From NCBI RefSeq assembly GCF_009914755.1, contig NC_060930.1: DNA of 64,000 nucleotides, one strand, 5' to 3'. The stretch is from the human T2T-CHM13v2.0 reference genome, Homo sapiens. Made by a program: the position numbers and the translations under genes. The first letter of the stretch is position 1; every line of letters starts with the position of its first letter. The notes below the pieces were generated by a model that was not told where the DNA came from, did no database searches, and was given only the letters and a program-made list of their open reading frames with translations. Positions 52,691-64,000 of the stretch are shown piece by piece.

Positions 52691-54437
52691 CCTAGGGAAG
52701 AAAAATGATCTGGAAGAAATATTGTCACTAATAGGAATATGAGTCAGGAAAAGATCCTGCCAATAACGAAGATAATTCAGGAGAATCATCTAATGTCAGA
52801 AAAGATGAGTCATTGCTTTTAGAAATTGATTATGACTAGATGGGAAGAAGAAATTGTTTTCTCTGAGAAAAGTCTAGTTTAGAAAAGCATGGGGAAAAAC
52901 ACTGAGAGAACGGTTTCTGAGTATGAAATCCAGAATAGCAAAAAACTTAGAATGGTGACTTATAATAACTGGCATCCCCTAGGATTGCAGCTAATAGAAC
53001 CAAGTTGAACTCTTACTATTCTATTTTTTTCTGTTCTATTTTTTCTTACTTTGCTAGTTTGTAATTCAAATTTCTCACACTGTGCAAATGTTGACATTTT
53101 TAGTACTTTACTAGATGAACTGAGAGTATTATGATTTACATTTTTCACTTTGATGGCAGGGTGTAGGGAGGGGACAAATAATTGAAGTCACTGCCCTAAT
53201 GCCTAAAGTGAAACTTTGGAACCTTGGGCAGTGAGATTAGAATAGGATAGCACCTTCCTTGGTGACTTAAAGGCAATATGTGAGCAGCTGGGTAAAGAAT
53301 GGCTGAATTACTACAGGAAATCTTTAATTTTAGGGTGTTCTTAGAAGTTTCATCACAGACCTCTGTAAACTTTTATATATAACATTCCACTGCTGCTCAA
53401 AGATCACTGCTACTGCCATAGGACAATTGCCAACACCAAAATACCAGAAGGCTGATTTGAGAAAATTAGTTTTCTCTGACTCCTGGGTAATGAATTAGGC
53501 TCTTTTTAGAAATTACATTGGTTTCTTAAGGTAACTAGGGTGTCGTTTAGTAAGTTGGTATTTTAGTCAAACAAAATATATACCTCTTTAGTCAGTACCA
53601 TGCCTGAAGAGTAATTACACAGATGCTCCATGAATGTGGTTCTGAAAGGTCATATGGCAAGTGTCAGCCTTTTTATGACAACACTGTACTCTCTTGTAAG
53701 TGCCTGAATATGGCCCTTGGGAATGCTAACTAAAACAACAAGGAAAGGTTTATGATGCTAAGTCCTCCACTACAAACATTTCATCTCTTGTTACAGCCAT
53801 GCAAATTATTATAGGTCCATTGACAATGGGAAAAATTTACTGAGCTTAAAACAAATCAGACAGTATTTAACGGTATAAAAAGTTAAAATGGAAAAAATAT
53901 GTCAAAAAGCTTTGGGATCACTTAAGTTACTAAGCTAACTGTCTGAAAACTGTATATAGGTCTTACGAATATATTGTATACTAGAAAATTATTGGTAAGC
54001 TCATTGAGTTTCTTGTGTAATCATGTGCAACACAGTTGGAATAAACCTACTAAAACCTTACCTATTTTTTATGTTCAGACTACATGAGAGTTTCTTCACT
54101 CTTCTTCATCTATGCAGTTAATGTGTTCCCACTATATTTTAAGGACAATGGAAAATGCTGACATATGGAGATGTGTAAGAAAATTGTTCTTAAGGAGCCT
54201 GTGAAAATGTACTCGCTCCTCATTCTTTTCTTTCTGTTTTGGCACCTCCAAAATTATTAAGTGAAAAATATTAATCTAATTAACAATTTATGCAGAAAAG
54301 AATAAGTTAAATGTTACGTTGTTCACTTTTAGAGAACTAATCTGAACCACATGCACACCCATTCCAGTATCTTTATAAAATATCTACTCTTTTCTGCTAT
54401 CTCACTCCTCCATGGTCTTGCATCCCTTTCACTTTAG

Positions 54438-54760
54438 GGCAAGGGTTGGCAAACTTTTCTGTAAAAAGTCAGTAGATATTTTAGGCCTTGTGACTCGTAC
54501 AGTGTCACAACTACCCAATTCTTCTGCTTTAGGTGAAGGCAGCTATAGATAATACACAAATGACTGACCATAGGTATATTCCAATAAAGCTTTATTTGTA
54601 GACACTGAAATTTGCATTGCATATCATTTTCATGTACTATGAATATTATTCTTTTAATTTTTCAACTATTTAAAAATGCAAAAAACATCTTTGAGAATTG
54701 TACAAAAACAGGCATTAGGCCAAATTTGTCCCATGGGCCATAGTATGACGACTCCTGGTC
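54438..54760. mobile_element. MER58B-like hAT element
   Basis: gggttggcaaacttttctgtaaa...gggccatagtatgacgactcctg. Confidence 0.8.
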
Positions 54761-56399
54761 TAGTGGCAATGCTGCTTCTTCAAGGGCTGAGTAACCTTCT
54801 GTCAATCAGAGTCCAAACGAAAATTCTCCAAAGATCGTTCTGTTTATAAAGTTTTCCCATATGAGACATTCAAAGCTTTAGGGATCATCAATGTGCCCAT
54901 AATTTTCCATTGGTTTTCCCACTTTAATAGCTGGTCCATTGAAAAATATTTTAAGATTTTACAGGGACTTATTCTACTTTTCATCATAACAAGTATATAT
55001 AAAATAATGTATGGGGGTTAGAAAAGGAAACCAGGATAAAAGGCCTATGGGTTCTGTTCCCAGTCAGTTCTTTGACTGGATAAATAACCTGACTGCTTCA
55101 CATCTCATTTTCTTTGTCTAGAAAGTCAGAATTGTCAGGTGTTGTTACTAAACAGTTATGTTAAATGTTAAAGGACATGGTAGGGAGTGGTGGGTGGGAT
55201 TATGTTTGTATCTTCCAGAGTTGCCACATTTTCAGAAAAAAAGTGTATACTTTTTAGTGCCATCACATACAACTGAAAAGATGAATATTTCTGAAGAGAA
55301 ATAGGGTGGGTGATTTGTTTCAAACATTTTGACGTAGAAAATCTAAACCCAAAGATGACATCAAGCAAACTATAGCACAAAATACACATATGTAAAACCT
55401 CATGGTTTTCCTATGTGCCTACGATTAACAGGAGAGGTTTGGTTTAGGGGTCTGTAAAAATGTTTTCTTTCTTTAAGCATAATGCTCAGAGCCAAGACAT
55501 CATCAGCTCCAGGCTCAGTCAGTTCCAGTCGAAAGTGTGAATGTTCAGCAAAAGGATGTTTTTGAAAGGAGACTGAAAACCCACTGTGCCAGATACCTGA
55601 AACGTTGTTAGGGTATTCAGTGGAAAATTTCATTTCCACATTATAAATAACTGTAGGATATTTTAAGAGATCCAAGACTAGTAACTTCCAAGAGCTGCTT
55701 ATATTAGTTCCACTGAAATGTGAAATGGAGGAAGGATACTGAGAAAGGCCATAAAGCTGAGTTACTAGATATGATTAATTAAAATAAATAATCTCACTAT
55801 TGATTAAATTGCCCTTAAAATCCCCAACCACTGAGGACTGCATAGTTTGCTATCCACCAAATAAAACAAAGGACAAAACAGCGATGGAGAAAAAAGGAGG
55901 AAAAGTCCCCAAGGTAACTTCTTAAATTCAATTCTAGAATTTTTTATTTGGAAAGCCCCTCTGGTGGTCCATATTTGAAATATTAATTGTTTCTTATTGT
56001 CTTCAAAGTTCCAGGAATTCTCTGTTCTATGGACTTCCTGGGAGGAGGACAATCCCAGAGAAGGTGGCATATCACCCACCATGGTAGTTATGGAATTTTG
56101 GTGTCACTTTTACCATAGAAATAATCAATTCCCATAACTGCTTCCCCCCTTTGCAGCCCCCACAGATTTAAAAACAAAAAACGAGCCAGGGATCTCTGTT
56201 AGACAGTGGCACAACATGCCCAAAGTAAAACTAGCCCCCTAAAAAGAAAAAAAAAAGGCAGGAAAAAAAAGCCATGACTCTATGAGTGTGTATGTATTTA
56301 TGTGTGTCTGCGTGTGGACTTGCAAGAGTGTGTGTCCGAGTGCACATGAGTGGACGTGTAAGGTAGGACAGCAATGGATGCAGTCTCTCTCTCTCTTTT

Positions 56400-57250
56400 T
56401 TGAGGCGAAAGCCTGGCTTCCCTTCCCGGATCGGCCGCCTGTGGGACTCGAGAGACCTGTGCACGCAGGGGACGCGGCGGTGCCCGGGGTTAGAGCTCTC
56501 CCCTGTGACCGAAAAGATAATTAAAAATCGCACGCGCAGGAGCCAGCTCAGCTCCTGGCTGCGCTTCCAGTTGGGCCGGTCTGGCTAAATGGGTTCTCGC
56601 ACCCTGGCGGCGCCCGGGCTGGGAGGCCAGTAGGCCGGGCGCGAAGAGTAGGTTGGGGACCAGGTGTCATAGCCGGTGGCGCAGAATCGCTTCTCGGAGT
56701 CACCGAGGGTGGCAGTGGCAGGCGGCGGCTGTGGGGCGGGAGGGGCGCGGCTTGGGGCTAGTGTCTGTGGAGGGATTTGGGGAAGAGGCAGGAACGTGGA
56801 GAGAAACGTGGGAAAGGGAAAGACCGACGAGGGAGGCGTGGAGCAGTGCATGGAGGAAGGGCAGGTAAAAATAAAGCCCCAATTAGGAAGGACAGAGTAG
56901 TATCCCCTGAACTCCATCCTTACCCCTCGAGAGCGCACACCTGGCTACCCCGCACCCCCACCTCTGCTCCCGCGGTCTAGCAGACCCTCAGTCCCCCGCG
57001 CATCTCTTCAGCGGGGCGATCCCGAGTCACGCAACCACAGCCCCCCAAGCTCATCTTGTACTCGAAAGGGCTCCAGAGTCCGCGACTGGCACCAGGCCCC
57101 CATCTTCCGTGCCCCTCATGCTCTCAGAGCCCTTCCAGGCCCCTTCTAGGGCGCAGACCCGGGCGTGGGCTCAGCGAGTGGGAGCAAAGCTCTAAAACCA
57201 GACAGGGAGGGTCGTGGCAGGTCGCTACGAGGGTGAGGGAGGCGTTTGCA
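56400..57250. promoter_or_regulatory. Upstream CpG island of RUNX2 P2
   Basis: CpG-dense block separated from the main island by about 1.1 kb of more AT-rich sequence. Confidence 0.75.
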
Positions 57251-59378
57251 CTGAGCAATAAAAACACCCAGTAATGGGTATGTGAATTGCTTTAAATAAG
57301 ATGGGAGGGCGTGAGAGATGACCCAACCATCTTTCTTCCTTGATGCTTCGAGGGGGAGGCATTCTAATTCTTCATTTATTTTATAAAATCACTTGTTACT
57401 GTGTCAGCTACTCCACTAGGAATCTTTGAAACTTTGGCAACTGATGATTTTTTTCGCAAACACGTTTTCAAGCTTTGGAAGGCTTTAAAGAGTTTGGTAA
57501 TAAGCAAGAAACGTAGTAGTACACAACGCCGAGGGTAAAACGGCCCTGTGCCCCCTTCTTGGGGTGTAATAGCCTCAAGCGGATTTCCCGGCTTCTGCGG
57601 GCGCAGCACATTGTTTTATTTGTTTTGAAGGCTCAGAGTTTGAGGCTGGTCGTAGACACCCACGTGCTCTGACTCTCATCAGCGTAATGATCGACTTAGC
57701 CAGAGTCGTGTCTATATAAACCACAAAAACCTAATCATTAGAAATCCCAGCCTCCAAAAACCACATTTTAGGTAAAAAGTGCCGCTTTTTTTCCGCGCTC
57801 CTTCATCCTCTCGACCACAACTTTTTGGGGGATCCAAAGTCGCTTTTTAAACCCACACTAGGAAATAAATACATAAATAAACAGCCACGGAAGCATTTTG
57901 AATTTTTTAGTTCGTATTTTTAATTTTTCCCCGTGAGCGCTGGGGAAGACAGACACGAAACTTAGTCTTAGATGTAGAATAGACTTAATAAAATATTTAA
58001 ATTCATGGAAAACGGCTGGTGCTTTTCCCCAGCAAGGGTTTTGCAACTTATTTTAATCACAAAGCTGACAGTTTTTCAGTCCTTAAAACAAAAACAAACA
58101 AACAAACACCTCATTCTTGTTCTCTAGGAATGACAAGATTGAATATATAAGAAAAAAGAAATGTCCAGCTATGCACTTGAGTTCCTAAAAACTATTTTGA
58201 CTAGATCTCCCTCCACCCCCCCTCCTCATTTTTTTTGTGTCACTTAAAACAAAAAACACCCAAACCCTGCAAAATCTTTTTCCCTTGGGAGTCGCTCAGA
58301 CAGAGGTGGGGGTAGAGGTGGGAGGGTGAAGAGTGCTGAGAAGTCAGCACAGAGGCTCAAGAATTTTCTTTCCTCCTCTCCTGAAGTTACAACGAAAAAT
58401 AGCGACAGTCAGATCAGCCGGGGGCTCTCTGGTGTCTCGGCTTCAATCTCTTCCTACAAAGAGGGGGTTCCTTGTCCTAGGGGTGGGGAGAGCAAGAGGA
58501 CGCGACCTGGCGAGATTGCCCCTAGTCTGGGGCCGCCTCTAGGCTTCGGAAACTGCACACGGCGCGCGGGGGGCTCCTTCTCGCGGCCGGCTGGCGGCGG
58601 CAGCGGCTGCGATTCGCAGGCTCGAGATTCGTTGCCCCGAGATCCGCTGCCCACGACTTACCTCTTGGCACCTTGAAGCGCGAGAGACAGGGGAGCTTTG
58701 CAAATTGCAGGAGGGAGTGGATGCAAAGAGGTGGCTGTGAGAGGGCGAGAAGAAAAGAAGGGAAAGGAAGGAGCCTAGCCGGGGAGCCGGGCTGGCAGCC
58801 GCCGCGGGAGGAATCTGAGCGTGCAGCCCGCGCGGGGGGAGCGGCGGCCGCCGCGGAGGCGGCGGCGCGGGAGGGCGGAGGCGCGGCCGCCTGCAGCTGG
58901 GTAGCAGCGCGCGGCGCGGCGCGGCGGTGGCGGGCAGCGCGCGGCAATGCCGGCCCCGGGGCTGGACTGCTGAACCCACACCGCTTCACCACCGGACTCC
59001 AACTGGGAGGGGGCGCCAGCGCACCCAGGACGCGGTGCCCCAAGGGACCCCATTCCAAGCTGCAAACTCAAGTCCCCCGCCTCCCCAGGCCAAACACACC
59101 CCCGCGCCCGTTCGCAGCTGCCACCCCGGGTGTTCCAAAGACTCCGGCAAAGATCTGCGCCTCCCGGGTCTCCCTACCCGCCAGCCCGACTGCGCCGCAT
59201 CGCCAGACTCTGTTGGCCCATCAGACTCCGCCCGGCAGTCGGCCTCATCAAACTTGATTTCTCACCTCCTCAGCCCCATCACCTCCATCCTCTTTCCCCC
59301 CGTCTCGCCTTCACCCCCCCAATTTCCTCCTTGCCCCTCATTTCCACCCTCCTCCCCCTCCCCCGGCCACTTCGCTAA

Positions 59379-60062
<684 letters not shown>

Positions 60063-62702
60063 TGATTCTCACTCACTCCTTCGCGCCGTCTCCCTTTCCC
60101 CCAGGATCCCCAAAGTACCCACTCTTGCACTGCGAGCGGACTTGCTCCACCCCGCCCCTTTCCCGGGGGCGAGGATCCCCGGCATTGTCCCCTGGGGCTC
60201 CCGCGTCCTTCCGGGACATCCCGGCCTGGCCGCATTGCGGGCTGCCCGCGCAGCCTCTCTTTGGGGCTCCGCGCGCTCTCACCCGCTTCCCTCACAGCCA
60301 AACGCCTCTCCTCAGGTCTCGGCGTCCCCTTCCCCGACCCGCAGAGTTCAGCGGTCCTGGTCCCTCCCGGGCTCCCGTGCCGGGATTCGTGGGGTGCCGG
60401 TGCCGGGCATTAGTGCCCGGGGCTGGGCGTGGGGTGCTGACTGAGGCGCGCGGGCTGCGCTACCAGTGCCCGGGAGGGTCCTGGACAAACCTAGGGTCTC
60501 CAGAGGAGGGGGTGTCAGGGCGGGGGCGTTTGCTCTGTTCGCTGACCCGCGCCAGATCCCGTTACCGGGAGGAAGGCGGGGCCGCTGGGGCGTCCGCAAG
60601 CCCCGAAGCGGGGGCGTTCAGGGGGCCTGGGCGCTGAACCCTCGAGTGCTGGGAGGCGCGGGCCAGGGGACGGGGCGGGAGCTCGGGCCGCTTCTTCCAG
60701 CCGGGACCGAGCTCTGCGCCTCGCCCCGCCAGGGAGGGATGAGGGAAACCTGTGGAACAACTTTAGTTCGCCCAACTTGAAAACGGAGGTGAAATTTTGT
60801 ATTTTTGCTTTATTATTATTTTTAAAGGACTTAAATCTAAAAAAGATCCCTCCTGCTTCTGAAAGGTGGTGAGAGGCTCCTGCTGGTGGCCTGAGCACGG
60901 AGTGAGCTCGAAGGCTTGAGAGCGGCCTCTGCGCGCCCCGCGGACTCTTGTGCCTGCCCGGCCCGTTAGTTTGAGGGCGGGTGGCAGCCGCGGGAGTCGC
61001 AGGCAGGTGCTCCGCAGGTTGAGGGTTTAGGATCTGGAGCCTCTCACAGTAGCCCGATGGCTCTCCATAACCCGATCCAGATTTCCCGGGGTAGCCCTCT
61101 ACAGGGGGGAGACGCGGAGCCCCCAGGGCCCAGCGCACACTGGGTTGATGGGGAAACGGGTTCCCAGGCTGTCCACACTCGCAGGACTGTCCACACTCGC
61201 AAGACGCCAGGGATGCAGGGGTGGTAAGCCAGACGTGGAGATGAGACTCTCAGAAAGGTGCTTTGGGCCCTTGCTAACCTCTGAACTTGAGTAGGTGGGC
61301 CTGGGTCCCCTGGGTTCTGAGGTCTGTGGAGAGCAGGGCAAGCAAGGCCTTGGGGGAGGTTAAAAAAAAAAGTTGGGGGAGGAATCATGCCAGTTTCTCC
61401 GCTGGGGACCCTGGGGCCAAACTCCCACGGGCCACTGACAGTTCCCAGTTGTTGATCACCCCCACCCCACGCACCAATTCAGATTCCGTGTGTGGGTGGG
61501 ATGGAAAGAAAGAGGAGTCCAGGTCAATTAGACCTGGTTATCTCGCTAGGACTTATATCAGAACAGAAATCAGAATGAATTGTTATGGAAAGGGGATGTT
61601 GCATTCTGGGGCAAGTTTCATTTTGCAGTTGGCTCAAGAAATTTTTTTTTTTAACCGTCACATTTCTCCTTTTATAAACCACCCATTTTGTAGGTTAATG
61701 TTTGCTTCCTTGAAATAGGAAAAGCTCAGAATACATGTGAATTGTATAAATTTAAATTTCCATACAATATATATCTTTTACAATGTCCATCGTCCAAGGG
61801 CCCAGAATTTTTAAATTAGTCTTATATGAGAATGGAAATTTGTTTCCACCAACGCCCTCCAATCCCCCAAACCAAAAGCCCCCAAAAACCCCAAACCTGG
61901 ATGAAAACAGCAAAAAATACAAATAAGTAGATACCTTGTCTGCACAATGCCACAAATCAGAATATGTGAAAATATAAGAACAGATGCTTACATTTTTAAA
62001 GTGTTCCATATACCATTCTGCTAAACATATTTAAGGTCTATCTTGAACTGTTCTCTTGCATTTATGCGGCTGAATTGATTTGAACATGAGCATTTTGGAT
62101 GGAAAGGTTGTTTTTTGCACTTTAGCTTGAGCTAGTCTCAGATATTTTGGCTGTCATCTAAGATTTTTCACTACCACCCTTTAAAAATTATTTTGAAAAT
62201 AAATTTTGCTCTTTGTTATTAATCAACTTGTTAATCACACAGAGTACATTTTTGTGTCTTAAGCAGTAAACAGACCGTAGGTAACAAGACCATATTAAAT
62301 TGACTATTTTAATTCATATCAATTGAATAATGAATTGAGTTAACCTACAACCTGACTGTCAATGTCTTTCTATCAACATACCTGTGTTAAACAATTCAAA
62401 AAGTGGGTGATAGCTAAGATCTACTCAGTATAGAAAATACTCTGTTGAGAAAAAATGTATGGATGTTTGGAACATCCAGATTGTGACAACCTCTCTTTAC
62501 CCTACTTTTGGAATAAAAGCCTGAGAGCACTAGACTTTCTATACTCTTACAATATAATCAAATACATCTGCAATGAAGAAATAATATGAAGAAGTCTCCC
62601 TTTTAAAAGTGGTGACAGCAATTTGGCCATGATATTTAGAGCTATGTAAAAAATAGATTATAGTGGTTGTCAGGTCAATAGCAGATAGGTAAATGGATTT
62701 AA

Positions 62703-62731
62703 ACACACACATACACACACACACACACACA
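62703..62731. repeat. (CA)n microsatellite
   Basis: Seen directly. Confidence 0.9.
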
Positions 62732-64000
62732 ACTTATTTGTTGTGAAGTCTGATATTCAAATCAATACAATATTTATTGAGCCCGTATTTTGTATCTGTC
62801 ACACTGAGCTTGACACCGCAGAGAATCAGAAATGAATTCAATAGACTGTTTTGAAATGTCAGTTTAAACTTGTGTTTAAACACGATATTGTCAATCTATT
62901 TCATTAAGAATGTATTAGCGTTGTTCATCTACTCTTGTTTCGAGATGATATAAAATTTATTTATTTTTACATGTAAAAATGCAAAAACAACTGGTATACT
63001 TTATATAAAGTTGTTTATTAACATTGTATTTTTAACAAAGTTCTGCAGTTTTGAAATGTTCGGTCCCCCCAGGTGTCAAGGAAACGGAAATAAATATTTT
63101 TAACATTTTCAGGTGTATCTCACTGAAACCTTAAAATAGTTAGGGCATACTATTAGAGGATCCCAGACCCTTTCTATCCTAGATAATTCTAGTGACAAAG
63201 AAGTAATTTGCAAATTCAGCTCATTAGCTGATGGTCAGGTAACGGTGGAGAGAGCGTGTCAACCATGCATCCAGTAGCACCCTTTTAGTTAGGGGTCTGT
63301 CAGCATTTCCACTGTGAAGCCTGGTGTTCAGGGTTCGTAACTTAGTTGCCTTAAATAGCTTCAAGCTGAAACACTATGCAGAAATTTTAAGTCCAGATGT
63401 ATATTTTAAAACTAAAAGTAGTTCAAGTCTATTCTGCTGTTTTAAGTTAGAGAACACTGGACTACATATATTTATCAGTATCATATGTTTTTCTGGCAGT
63501 GTTAAAGAAAGAAAACACATTTTTAGATATATAAGCTAGCACTCATAGTTAATTCTGTATATTTAATAATACCTTTCAGTGCTTGTCAAAAGGAGGGGTT
63601 TCAAAATGACAGAGCAATTTCTGTTTGAAAATAAATTTTTGGCATCACTAGCCATTTTTCTCTCTTCGAAAACAAATATACAACTGGTAAATACTTGATA
63701 CCAGTGAGTAGTATTTTTCTTACATAGTTAATGATCAGATTTTATGTTTATATTTTTTGAATCTCATTGTATCTAAACTAGGGAAAATAGGTTGTTAAGC
63801 CTGTTAAATCCTTATTAACCGTAATATAAATTATTATGCAAAATTATGTAAATCAATAGATTTCAAGTTGTGTGAAGACAGACACATTTTTGTGTTATGC
63901 CTTTGAATTCAAGAAAACTTATTTAAAGTTAAATATTTTGGGACTGAATATATAAAACTTCTAAGTAAGGAAGTTGGAACAAAGAATTTCAGGTGGAAAA

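Overview
Human genomic DNA from the overlapping RUNX2/SUPT3H locus (6p21.1). It is identified from two coding exons. One is the first coding exon of SUPT3H on the minus strand (2009-2109, [33 protein letters not shown]). The other is the RUNX2 exon carrying the P2/type-I start MRIPV, the Q23-E-A17 tract and the start of the Runt domain (59394-59774, plus strand). The SUPT3H CpG-island promoter lies at about 14.2-15.3 kb and the RUNX2 P2 CpG islands at about 56.4-61.2 kb. The rest is intronic: about 33 Alus (none after about 50.5 kb), L2, MIR, L1M, MaLR/ERVL LTRs and hAT MERs. Repeat subfamily names are from recall, with approximate boundaries. Nearly all ORFs in the supplied track are Alu, microsatellite or GC-island artefacts. 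I found no evidence of a new gene system. The most unusual directly visible structures are three non-Alu local duplications: inverted pairs at 24.0/24.4 kb (about 82% identity) and 46.0/47.7 kb (about 93%), and an 88-bp direct copy inside a GGAA array at 36.7 kb. There is also a perfect antisense splice donor and a RUNX-site cluster at the P2 promoter.
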